Below are positions 4,294 through 13,645 of a stretch of 39,600 nt of DNA, piece by piece. Source of the stretch: a virus; the IMG/VR virus record IMGVR_UViG_3300013383_000010. One strand, 5' to 3'. A program made the position numbers and the translations under genes. The notes beneath the pieces are model-generated. The model had not been told where the DNA came from and did no database searches. It saw only the letters and a list, made by a program, of their open reading frames with translations. The stretch's first letter is position 1. The number at the start of each line of letters is the position of its first letter.

Positions 4294-7200
4294 TCACTTC
4301 ACACTCGGCAGCTTCCCGTACTTGAGGAAGTAGTCGATCGGGCTTCCTTCCTCAACATACAGCGTCCGGTTTCCCGCTTTGATCGCCCTTTTCTTGGCCT
4401 GCGTCACAGCCTTGCGGATGTCCGTCCCGCTCGACTTCTGCGTGAAGTCCGCGATCACATTTCCGCTCGTCTTCGCCGTTTTGGAAGACGGCGCAAGCGC
4501 ATTCCCGCTCGTTTTCGCCGTGCTCCCTGTCTTCGCGGAAGCCTCCGGGATGACGATCTTCCCGGCCTTCGGCGTCGGGGCCTTGAGCGTCGTCTTCCTG
4601 CTGCTCCCGCGGCGGCTTCCGGAGCCGCCCGAGCCGCCGTTCCACTTCTGGTACTTTGCGCTCTTCTCGGTGTATCCGGCGGCAACGTAAAGAGCGTCCT
4701 TCTGCTCGGCGGGAATGTCGAGACTGTTGATGTACTCCACGACCTTCGCCTTCTTGGAGCCGGAAATGCTCTTGCCGTTCTCGTCCTTGTCGGCATGCAT
4801 CTCCTTCGTGGCAAAGTAGTAGTCGTAGTAGGTCTCATAGGAAACGCCTTTTGCATACGCGGTGCGGGCTTTGTCGTACACGTCCGCGTTGTAGGTGCGC
4901 AGTGCATACTCCGCGCCGAACACCTCGCGGTTACATTCGCGGTATACGATGGCGTCCATGCGGCTCTCCGCCTGGTCCTCGGTGATGTCGTAGAGTTCGG
5001 CATACTCGGCGATGGCCGCGTCGTTGTCGGTCGCAAGCTCCGGGTGCGCCTTGAGGTATTTGTCCACCGCCTCGCGGTACGGCTCGGCTTTCGCGATGAT
5101 CTCCTTCTGCCGCTCGATGAGCTGCTTCTTCAGCGCGCGGACGAGCCGGTTCTTTTCGCCGTCGGAAAGGTTCTTGTCGTTCTGAAGAGCGCGGATCTGC
5201 GCGTAATAGTCGTTCACCTCGTCGCCGGCACGGGAGACGTATTTCCGCGTGATGCCCGCTCCGACGTCGCCGTCGTTCGCGTCGTACTTGAGATCATCCA
5301 GAAGGTCGTAGTACTCGCCGGTGGTCTTGTTGGTGCTCGTCGTGTCGATGGTGAACGCCGCCATGGGCGCCGACAGCAGCTTGCTTGCCGCGTTTGTTGC
5401 CGGTGTCATCAGCGGCAGCAGGATGTCGCCGAAAATGCCGGTGTACTGGTCGAGAAGATAGTTGATCTTCTTCGGCGACAGGTTGAACGTTTTTCCGATC
5501 AGCTTGGAGAGCTCGTCCGTTTTCTCGTCGTACCGATCTCCCGGACGGTAGTTTTGCAGACGGTCGCTCTCGATGTTCCCGCCGTACCACGTCGTGCCGG
5601 GGTTGTCGGGATTGAAGAGCTTTGTCTGCGTGAACGCCGTGGCGATGTTCTGGTTGAAGATATCCGTGGGCGCGATGTTGCTCTTGATGACCTCGAACAC
5701 GTCGGAGAATTTCACATCTTCGCCCTCGATCTTCTCCTTCCCGTATACCGCGAGCGTTCCCAGCACCGCAGCGGCGCGGCCCTTCGGGATCTTGACCCAG
5801 TACCCACTGCCGAAAAACTTCTCCGGGAGTTTGATGAGGTAGTAGTTTGACTTCGTATTGGCCGGGATATCGTCCCACTCGTCATCGTCCCACCACATCA
5901 GTTCGTTGAGTATCTGCGGCAGGATGCCCCAGAGCGCTGCGCTCAGTATCAGCTTTCCGGCGGCCTGTACACTGCGGACCCCCGTGGCGTTTCGGATGAA
6001 TTTGTCAAAGCCCTGCACGGAGGGGTTGAGGAACGGCACGAGATACCGGTTGAGCATCTTGGTAACGCTGCCGCCGCGGGCAAAGTTCGTCGTGATGTCC
6101 GCCGCACCGAGCATCGCCTCCATGAGATCGTTCTGTGTGAACTTGCCGTCCTTGCTCCCGCCGCTGTTGGCGAGGATGGTCATAAACTCCGCAAGACGCG
6201 GAGCCGCTTCCACCTGCTGCTGCAAAAGCTCGAACCTTGCCCACAATTTCCCCAGTTTGTTTTTCGGTTCCTTCACCATGCCGGTCGTGTAGTCCAGCAT
6301 GGAGGAATAAGAACCTCCCAGCGCCTTGTACTGCTGCCAGATCTCTCCGTTCTTCCGGATCTGTCTCTTTGCCTGCGGGAACATTTTCAGCCACGTTTTC
6401 ATGTCCGTGGAATAGAATCCGGCGTCCTGGAAGTCCCGCACGGCGTTTTTGATGAGAAACCACGGAGACCATGCAGTATTCATTGCTTTGAATACATCGT
6501 TCAGCTTCTTCATTGCCTTTGCCGCGCCGTAGTTTGCGAACTTGTCCGGCTCAAAGGCCTTCATCGCCGCGGTGAGCCCCTCGTCCATCGTGATGTCGTA
6601 GGCTTTGCCGTTCTCCTTCACGGAGAAGATGTTCTCGAATACCGGTCTGTAGTCCTCGTCGCTCTCAAGCGCGGCCTCCGTCGGCGTGTACTCGCTCTCG
6701 GCAACGTCCCAGATGTACTTCTCCGTCGCTTTCTTGTTGCCGTCATACTCGCGCACCAGCGCAAGGCCGAACTGGTTAAGACCGGCGTTCCGCATCGTGG
6801 ATACCGTTTTGCGGGATAGCGCCGTGTGCAGCGGCAGAAGCACGCCGTCGCTGCCGACAGCCCGCCCGATGGCGTTCGATACGACGATCCCGCCGTTCCG
6901 CCGGGCGCTTCGGGCTTTCTTGCTGCTCGTCCCTTCCTCGCGGAATGTGGGGATGTAGTGCGGATACCGCTTTTTCAGTGCGTCGGCAAACTCCCGCGTG
7001 ATGAGCCCAGCCTCCACGCGGTAGCGGATGAGATCGTCCGAGTACTTGTAGACTTCCTTCGCCCACTCCTTGAACTCCGGGTTCTTCGCTGCAAGGAGCA
7101 TAGCCGCCGTCTGGGAATCGTCCGCCGTCACGTCGTATCCGAACACCGGCTTCAAACCCTGCTTTTCCACAATGGCCCGCTGCCGTTCCAGCTCCAGCGC

Positions 7201-10200
7201 GTAGGCCGCGCCCTCCGCTACGGACGTAAGGCTCGGCGCCTCGCCGTTGTGCGCCGCGAGATAGATCTCGTGCGCCGCCTGGCGTACGACCGGTGAATCG
7301 CTGTCGCTGTTTGCGATCCGGCGCAGCTCTTCCTTTGACAGTTCCTTGAGCTGCGGGTATTTTTCTTTTACCCAGCGGAGATTTTCCTTGATCCGCTCCA
7401 GTTCGGCGCTGTTGTCGTACTTCATGCGGTCCACGTTGTGCATGTGCAGAAGATAGAGCTGAAAATCGCGGTACTTTGTCTCATTCTTCCGCATCGGGGC
7501 AAGGGTATCCGCAAGGCTCGCGCCGATCCTGTGGCCGTCGATGTCGGTACGCGCGCCGCCCTTGGCGATCCAGTTTCCCGCCCGCTGGGAGTACGCCCCG
7601 GCATTGAAGTAGTATCCCTCAAGACTTTTGCTTCCCGTAGCCTTGGCGATCCGGCGCACCGTGTCCCCGGCATTGACGAACATCCGCATGGCCCCGCTCG
7701 TGATTTTCTCAAAGTCCTCGCGGTAATTCCGCTCGGCCTTTATGACCTCGGACGTGACCTTTTCCGTCGTGGCGGCGATCGTCTCTTTTGCCGCCGCGTT
7801 TTCCGTCTCCGCGGCGTCGCTGCTCTCCCGGGACGTCTCCGCGTTGTCGGGCTGTTCGGGATCTCCGAACAGCTCGGCGATCCTCGCATCCTCGTCCGCG
7901 GTTTTCTCGGCTTCGAATTTCTTGGCGCGCTGGTAGTTCTCCTCCGAGAAATTCTTGTTGGCCATCGTGATAACTTGCTCCGCCGCGTCTCTTGCCGCCG
8001 TCTCCTTCAGCGCCCGGACAAGTGTGTCTGCCTTGTGGCCGTCGTGGAAGATCGTTGCCTCGAAGTATTTGCCGATCGGCGTTTGCTTCACCTCGACCTT
8101 GAAAGTGGAATCCTTCGGCGTTCCCTTGAGGAATCCGGTCATCTGCACCTTCACCTCGGACTTGCCCTTGCCCATAAGATCCCGGTATACCTCGCCGGAG
8201 CTTTTGTTCGGCACGAATCGCTGTCCCGCCCCGCGGTTCTCCCTGGCGCGGATCCGCTCCGTTTCCCGTCGGTCTGCCTCCTGCAATTTGCGCAGCCGTT
8301 CCCGCCGTGCATCCTCTTCACTTACTTCGGTTTTCCGGTTTTCCACCTCTACGCTCGCTTTGCCGGAAGAAGCCTTCTGAATCACTCCTCCGAGCTCGCT
8401 TAATTTTTTCCCTGTAATCTTGACACCGTCTTCGGCATATGCTATATTGCCGATAGAGCCATACGGTGGTTGGCGTGACGGGAATTGTACCCTGAGCTGC
8501 ATCAACCATGTATTGGCTCTATTTTTGTTTGTGTCAAGGTACAGCAGTTCGGAGTTATTGATAAGATTCCGCAGATTTTCATCCGCTCTTCCGTAGGCGC
8601 TCGTCACAAGGGAAAATTCAGCTTCCGTTCTTCCGCCCGGCTTGGGTGTGAGCTCCAGCGCCACCATTAGGCTGTTGCCGTTTTTTGCCTTCTCCTCGCT
8701 CAGCAGTACGATGCTGTCCGGTCGGGTAAGAGACTTCATAATCAGTACCGGGTTTTCAAGGATACTCGGAACCTTTTTGATGACATCAACATTCACTTCT
8801 GGATGATCTTCAAAGATCGTCCCGATTTTACTCTTCCGCATGTAGATGTTATCCGTTCTCGCGCCGATGCTTTGCAGCGCCTCGGAAGTTGTTCCAGCGC
8901 GGAAATAGCCTGGAGAAGTGCTCAGCATGTCCGTCGGCGTATTTCTCACCCAGTCATCCACGTTCTTTCCGAAGTTCTCATCGATGCTATAGCTCGTCGC
9001 ATTCCCATCCGCAAACACGGTATCCGCGTCGCCCAGATTGGGCGGCGTATTTTTTCGCTCTTCGGCGGTCATCCGACGGCGGGAGGCGGTGTCTCTCGCT
9101 TCGATCTCTCCGGCGGTGTTGCGGTAGAACTCGTTCACCGCCTCGCCCGCGTCGCCGAGAATGCGGTCGTACCGGTTCAGCTTTCCGAACCATTCCTTGC
9201 CGTAGAGTTGCTTGTACAGCTCGTCCGAGCGCTTCTCCAGCGCGTCCATGCGGCTTTCGTCGTAGAGCATGGAGCCGTCGAACATTGCCCCCATCTCGCG
9301 TTCGGTGCTGCGGTACTCGTCATAAAGCGCCCGATCCTCGGTGCTCAATCCGTTGAGAAGCCGTGCGCGGTTGTCGCGGTACTTTTCCGCTGCTCTGTCG
9401 TAGTTCTCCCCGCGGTTCCAGTAGCCGGGGTTCGTCCCGCTCGCAAATCCCTCCGCCGCCTGCACCCGGTGCTGTACCTCGTGCATGAGAACATCGAGCG
9501 CCTCGTTCGCGTCGTATTTGAGCTTTGCGTCAATGGTGATCGTGTTCGTCTCGCGGCTGTAGCTGCCCGCTGTACCGTTCGGCATATAGGCGAACTTCAC
9601 CTTGGTTTCCGCGATCTCGGGGTACGCCTCGAAAAGGGCGTTGTGCTGCATGATGTCCCGCAGTGTCGCGTCCCCCTCGTCGATACGGCGCGCCAGCTCT
9701 TTTTTTGTGCCGCCGTGCTTCTTGTCCAGCCCCAGCAGTTCGGCGTGCTCCGCCTCGGTGAGATTACCTGTGAGCATGCGGTTCATCAGCTGCGTATAGC
9801 GCGCATAGTCCGCATTGTCGGTGCTGTACTGTGCCTCGCCGTTCCGACTGAAGGTCGCGTCTCCATCGTCGATCTCAAACCGCCACTGGCCATCCATGCC
9901 GCGGTACCAGCCCGTTTCCTGCCGGATGGTCTCGTTGTCCGTCCCGCTCTGCTCCATTGCTTCCGCGCGGCGCAGCGCCTCCCGGTCTGCGGTCCCGGCT
10001 CGAATGCCCGCTACGCTCGCCCTGCCGGAAGATTTTTCTTGACTATTTCCCTCCGTCTGGCGTATAGTAGCCGTAGAAGAGGATTTCTCCTGTTGAGCGC
10101 CGGTTTCGGTAACGGAATCGGAAGAGCCGTGCTTTCTGGCGGGGGACGTCCTCTTCTCCATTTTCCCCACGTTATACACGACCACGCCATTATTCCCGTC

Positions 10201-13200
10201 TGCAATAGATATCGTTACCTTGTAGTACTGCCCATCAAAGTCTTGGAACCACGCCTCACGGTACAGCCAGCCGTTTTCCGCAAACTTCCCGTGAATCGGG
10301 CGTCCGTCTGTTGAAGTCTCATCCGGTCTGGCGTTTTTGTTGACCCGCTCGGACACCTTTGCGAGCTCGTCTATATGCGCCTCGGCGTTCAGCTTCGTCT
10401 CGTATTCCGAATCGGTCATCGGACGGCGGCGTCCGCTCTCGTCCGTCACATAGTTCCGGAAGCTTGCCTTTCCGGCGGTATCCTTCGTGATCTTTAGCAC
10501 GTCCCCGGAATCCGTCGTGAGTATCACGTCCTCGCCGTTGCGGATCTTCCGGTTGATGTATCCTTCGATCTGGTCGGCCCAGCTGCTCGGGTCATTCCCG
10601 AAGATTACCTGCCGGTCGGCCTGTACATACTTCTTGCCGTCCGGAAGAACCACAATGCTCGCCCGGCCGGAAGATTTTTCTTGACTATTTCCCTCTGTCT
10701 GGCGTATAGTAGCCGTAGAAGAGGATTTCTCCTGTCGAGCGCCGGTTTCGGTAACGGAATCGGAAGAGCCGCGTTTTTTGGTGGGAGAGGTTCTCTTCTC
10801 TATTTTTCCCACGTTGTACACAACGACCCCGTTGTTTCCGTCAGCAGTGGATATCGTCACTCGGTAGTATTGTCCGTCAAAATCAGAAAACCACGCCGTT
10901 CGATAATACCAGCCGTTTTTTGCAAGCTCACCGTGAATCGGTTTCCCGTTTGTTCCAATTTCGTCCGCTGCTGGTTTTTGATTATTCTTTTCAGAGATTT
11001 GTGCCAGCTCGTCAATATGCGCTTCGGCGTTCAGCTTCGCCTCATATTCCGTGTCCGACATTCTTCGCATTGTCCCGTTTTCGCCGGGAACATAGTTCCT
11101 GAAGCTCGCCTTCCCGGCGGTATCCTTCGTAATCTTCAGCACATCACCGGAATCTGTCGTGAGGATCACATCTTCGCCGTTGCGTATCTTCCGGTTGATG
11201 TATCCTTCGATCTGGTCGGCCCAGCTGCCCGGGTCATTCCCGAAGATCACCTGTCGGTCAGCCTGTACATACTTCTTGCCGTCCGGGAGCGTCACAATGC
11301 TTGCGCGTCCTTCCGGCGGCCCCGTCGTCTCCTGCTGCGCCTCTGCCCTCTGGGCAGGGGCGTTTCTTTCTGTCTCGGCGCGCACGGCCGCCTGTACCGG
11401 CGCTTCGCCGGAGAACCAGTTCAGCCCCGCGTAAGCGTCCGCCGCGATCTCCTCGGTGAGCAGCCGCTCGATCTCGTCCACGCTCATATTTGCGAAATCG
11501 TAGACCCCTGCGTAGTCCGCTTTATAGGCATCCCGCATGGCGTCGTATTCCTCGGCGGTCATGCTCTCGCGGATCACCTCATCTGTCGCGCGGATAACTT
11601 CCTCGGATGCATAGTTGTGGAACAGCTCGTGCTGCACCAGCATCTCCGGGCTGATGACATTTCCTGCGCTGTCCGCGGCGTCCACGCGGAAGAACACCCT
11701 CCCGCTCTCGGTATAGGCGTTCGCGTAGCCGTTTGAGATCTGGATCGCCCCGCGCACCGCTACCGGCTCAAGCCCGGTCTCCCGCACCGCGTCGTAGGCG
11801 CTCTTTGCCTCGCCGCCGAGCTTCTGCGCATCCACGACGGTCACGGTCTCCGTGCCGCCGTCCCGAATGCCGAGCTGCGCCGGCGTTACTTGCCGTAGAT
11901 CCGCCTGCGCGTCCGTTCCCACGCCTCGTTGAACTTCCGTTCGGCCTCCGGCGAGAGCTTGTAGCCCTCCTTCGGCGCCTTCCGCAGCTTGTCCGCGGGA
12001 ACCGACATAAGCAGCCCCGCTTTCTTCCCGGTGATAAGAACTCTGTCCATTGTTCATTCCCTCCTGAATATTGATCGCCGCCGCGGGCGTCGTGCTGATC
12101 CCTTCGTTTTGCGCCCTCTGCGCGCCCACAGGCGCGTTTTGCGCCCCGGTGGTATAAGTACCCTCCTGCATACGCGAAATACGCTCCTGCGCTCCTACAT
12201 CCCCGCGCAGCGCTCTTTGCATCTCGCGGATCATCTGCATGTGCTCGCGCGCTTCCTGCGCCGCGGTCTGCTGCTGCGTTTCCAGCGCACCGAGCTCCGT
12301 GCCGGCGTCTATGATCTTCTCGCGTGTCTCGCTGTTGAAAAGGCCGTTCTCCTTCATGGAGGCGCGCGCCTCTTCGATCTTCGCGTTGACGGTCTCGTTG
12401 GCGTAGCTCTCGTTCTGCGCCCGGAACCGCCCGTTCACAGCGCCGTCGATGCCGGAGAGAAATCCTCCGGAGATCGCACCGGCGAGATAGCTTTCCCACA
12501 GTCCCCGGATCGTCACGTCATCCATCCAGTTTTCGCCGAGCGTTTTGCCGTTATAGATGCTCTTGGCAAACGGGGAAACGAGGTCCGAGGCGACCTCTTC
12601 CAGACCCTCGCCGTTCATCTGTCCAAGCAGCGTCAGTACGGTGCGCATCGTCTTGCTGCTCGTGAGCGTTCCGATGAGCGCCTTGGTAAACTGCTCCTTC
12701 GGCAGATATTTCCCGGCGGCTTTGATCGTCAGCTTGTTCGCCATATCTCCGGCGGCTTCCGTTGCTGCCTCGATGGAGCCGATCACCGTGCCGTAGGTCA
12801 GCGCTTTGTCCCAGCTTGCGCCGTCTTCCAGCGCTTCCTCGATCGCCGCGCCGGACGCCTGGTTGAAGAAGAGAAAGCTCTGGAACGCCTCGCCGCCCTT
12901 TTCGCCCAGAAGCGCCGTGCCGATGAGCCGCCCGGCCATCGGGAGCGCCTGGTTGCCCACGCTTTCGGCAATACTCATGGCCTGCTGCCACTTGGGGCCG
13001 AGATCGGCGTATCTCTGGTCCACTCTCTCCTGATATGTGTTGTCGCGCTGGAAGGCGGTCTTCACGCCCTCTTTGTCGAGACGCTCGTATCCTTTTTCGG
13101 CGGCGCGCTGCATGGCTCTCGCTCTGTCGTTTTTGAGATCCGCGACGCCCATATACTCGTCGAGATCCTTCTGCTGCTGTGTGCGGGTGTCCGCCGGGAT

Positions 13201-13623
13201 CTCTACGCCGGTTTTCCGCCCCGTGGTCTGCTCCCACATGGCCTTGTAGTAGGCGTCGTCCGCCGCATTGAGCGGATTTGCCGCCTGTGCGCGGTACCCC
13301 GCCTCGTTCAAGCCGGTGCGCAGACCTTCCTTTGCGCCCGCTGCGGCCTTTTCAAAGATGCCCGCGATGCCGTGGAAAAAGTTGTTGTTCGTCCCGCTCT
13401 TTATCTGCGCCGCAGCGTCGGCGTATGGCGTCTGCATGGTGCTCTGGCCCTGCGAGGCTTTCAGAGCGTTTGTATACAGGAGCTGGCTATCCGCGTTTCC
13501 GCCTTTTTTGCTTTCAAGCAGCGCGTCCACGTAGCTCACCGGCTTTTCTCCGGAAGCACTTCCGGAGGAAGCCGTTCGGCTTCCTCCGGTTTTCTTTTTC
13601 AGAAGATCGTCTAATGCGTTCAT
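4294..13623 (-). CDS. Giant 3,109-aa multidomain (polyvalent-type) protein, probably packaged in the virion and ejected
   Basis: Uninterrupted ORF. SD ACGGAGGAAAAA precedes ATG 13623 (the track start at 13683 lacks an SD). HELFH at 11617..11631 and HEVQH at 9469..9483. Tandem 214-aa modules. A MuF-C-like segment at about 8440..8900. It follows the portal and the 435-aa gene. Confidence 0.85.
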   Translation of the reverse strand: MNALDDLLKKKTGGSRTASSGSASGEKPVSYVDALLESKKGGNADSQLLYTNALKASQGQSTMQTPYADAAAQIKSGTNNNFFHGIAGIFEKAAAGAKEGLRTGLNEAGYRAQAANPLNAADDAYYKAMWEQTTGRKTGVEIPADTRTQQQKDLDEYMGVADLKNDRARAMQRAAEKGYERLDKEGVKTAFQRDNTYQERVDQRYADLGPKWQQAMSIAESVGNQALPMAGRLIGTALLGEKGGEAFQSFLFFNQASGAAIEEALEDGASWDKALTYGTVIGSIEAATEAAGDMANKLTIKAAGKYLPKEQFTKALIGTLTSSKTMRTVLTLLGQMNGEGLEEVASDLVSPFAKSIYNGKTLGENWMDDVTIRGLWESYLAGAISGGFLSGIDGAVNGRFRAQNESYANETVNAKIEEARASMKENGLFNSETREKIIDAGTELGALETQQQTAAQEAREHMQMIREMQRALRGDVGAQERISRMQEGTYTTGAQNAPVGAQRAQNEGISTTPAAAINIQEGMNNGQSSYHREESGAAYVGSRGQAAEGAEGGLQALAGGRTEVQRGVGTDAQADLRQVTPAQLGIRDGGTETVTVVDAQKLGGEAKSAYDAVRETGLEPVAVRGAIQISNGYANAYTESGRVFFRVDAADSAGNVISPEMLVQHELFHNYASEEVIRATDEVIRESMTAEEYDAMRDAYKADYAGVYDFANMSVDEIERLLTEEIAADAYAGLNWFSGEAPVQAAVRAETERNAPAQRAEAQQETTGPPEGRASIVTLPDGKKYVQADRQVIFGNDPGSWADQIEGYINRKIRNGEDVILTTDSGDVLKITKDTAGKASFRNYVPGENGTMRRMSDTEYEAKLNAEAHIDELAQISEKNNQKPAADEIGTNGKPIHGELAKNGWYYRTAWFSDFDGQYYRVTISTADGNNGVVVYNVGKIEKRTSPTKKRGSSDSVTETGARQEKSSSTATIRQTEGNSQEKSSGRASIVVLPDGKKYVQADRQVIFGNDPSSWADQIEGYINRKIRNGEDVILTTDSGDVLKITKDTAGKASFRNYVTDESGRRRPMTDSEYETKLNAEAHIDELAKVSERVNKNARPDETSTDGRPIHGKFAENGWLYREAWFQDFDGQYYKVTISIADGNNGVVVYNVGKMEKRTSPARKHGSSDSVTETGAQQEKSSSTATIRQTEGNSQEKSSGRASVAGIRAGTADREALRRAEAMEQSGTDNETIRQETGWYRGMDGQWRFEIDDGDATFSRNGEAQYSTDNADYARYTQLMNRMLTGNLTEAEHAELLGLDKKHGGTKKELARRIDEGDATLRDIMQHNALFEAYPEIAETKVKFAYMPNGTAGSYSRETNTITIDAKLKYDANEALDVLMHEVQHRVQAAEGFASGTNPGYWNRGENYDRAAEKYRDNRARLLNGLSTEDRALYDEYRSTEREMGAMFDGSMLYDESRMDALEKRSDELYKQLYGKEWFGKLNRYDRILGDAGEAVNEFYRNTAGEIEARDTASRRRMTAEERKNTPPNLGDADTVFADGNATSYSIDENFGKNVDDWVRNTPTDMLSTSPGYFRAGTTSEALQSIGARTDNIYMRKSKIGTIFEDHPEVNVDVIKKVPSILENPVLIMKSLTRPDSIVLLSEEKAKNGNSLMVALELTPKPGGRTEAEFSLVTSAYGRADENLRNLINNSELLYLDTNKNRANTWLMQLRVQFPSRQPPYGSIGNIAYAEDGVKITGKKLSELGGVIQKASSGKASVEVENRKTEVSEEDARRERLRKLQEADRRETERIRARENRGAGQRFVPNKSSGEVYRDLMGKGKSEVKVQMTGFLKGTPKDSTFKVEVKQTPIGKYFEATIFHDGHKADTLVRALKETAARDAAEQVITMANKNFSEENYQRAKKFEAEKTADEDARIAELFGDPEQPDNAETSRESSDAAETENAAAKETIAATTEKVTSEVIKAERNYREDFEKITSGAMRMFVNAGDTVRRIAKATGSKSLEGYYFNAGAYSQRAGNWIAKGGARTDIDGHRIGASLADTLAPMRKNETKYRDFQLYLLHMHNVDRMKYDNSAELERIKENLRWVKEKYPQLKELSKEELRRIANSDSDSPVVRQAAHEIYLAAHNGEAPSLTSVAEGAAYALELERQRAIVEKQGLKPVFGYDVTADDSQTAAMLLAAKNPEFKEWAKEVYKYSDDLIRYRVEAGLITREFADALKKRYPHYIPTFREEGTSSKKARSARRNGGIVVSNAIGRAVGSDGVLLPLHTALSRKTVSTMRNAGLNQFGLALVREYDGNKKATEKYIWDVAESEYTPTEAALESDEDYRPVFENIFSVKENGKAYDITMDEGLTAAMKAFEPDKFANYGAAKAMKKLNDVFKAMNTAWSPWFLIKNAVRDFQDAGFYSTDMKTWLKMFPQAKRQIRKNGEIWQQYKALGGSYSSMLDYTTGMVKEPKNKLGKLWARFELLQQQVEAAPRLAEFMTILANSGGSKDGKFTQNDLMEAMLGAADITTNFARGGSVTKMLNRYLVPFLNPSVQGFDKFIRNATGVRSVQAAGKLILSAALWGILPQILNELMWWDDDEWDDIPANTKSNYYLIKLPEKFFGSGYWVKIPKGRAAAVLGTLAVYGKEKIEGEDVKFSDVFEVIKSNIAPTDIFNQNIATAFTQTKLFNPDNPGTTWYGGNIESDRLQNYRPGDRYDEKTDELSKLIGKTFNLSPKKINYLLDQYTGIFGDILLPLMTPATNAASKLLSAPMAAFTIDTTSTNKTTGEYYDLLDDLKYDANDGDVGAGITRKYVSRAGDEVNDYYAQIRALQNDKNLSDGEKNRLVRALKKQLIERQKEIIAKAEPYREAVDKYLKAHPELATDNDAAIAEYAELYDITEDQAESRMDAIVYRECNREVFGAEYALRTYNADVYDKARTAYAKGVSYETYYDYYFATKEMHADKDENGKSISGSKKAKVVEYINSLDIPAEQKDALYVAAGYTEKSAKYQKWNGGSGGSGSRRGSSRKTTLKAPTPKAGKIVIPEASAKTGSTAKTSGNALAPSSKTAKTSGNVIADFTQKSSGTDIRKAVTQAKKRAIKAGNRTLYVEEGSPIDYFLKYGKLPSVK
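10027..11310 (-). repeat. In-frame tandem duplication, 2 x 642 bp (2 x 214 aa), inside the giant gene
   Basis: Copy 1 is 10669..11310 and copy 2 is 10027..10668. Each begins GRASIV(T/V)LPDGKKYVQADRQ and ends TIRQTEGNSQEKSS. A third GRAS starts at 10026. Confidence 0.95.
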
Positions 13624-13645
13624 TTTTTCCTCCGTTTTTGAGGTT

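Noticed and set aside
10870-10884. DFDGQ (also at 10228..10242) resembles the DxDGD metal-binding motif of two-barrel, virion-packaged RNA polymerases known from other phages with giant proteins.
   Set aside because: The third Asp is missing. The motif sits in a duplicated 214-aa module far too small for a double-psi beta-barrel polymerase, and no second barrel-like motif was seen. Only a structure prediction could revive this idea.
10027-11310. The 642-bp tandem repeat was considered as a non-coding repeat or CRISPR-like array.
   Set aside because: The unit length is a multiple of 3, both units are in frame within the giant ORF, differences are mostly synonymous at one end, and there is no short repeat/spacer periodicity.
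4795-13614. Long plus-strand ORFs in the track inside the giant gene region (for example 4795..5850, 7438..8403, 8803..10314, 10681..11736, 11989..13614).
   Set aside because: They are antisense to a much longer ORF with protein-like composition. Their products are Arg/Val/Leu/Gly/Pro-rich low-complexity strings typical of open antisense frames in GC-rich DNA. They lack SD sequences and sensible starts.
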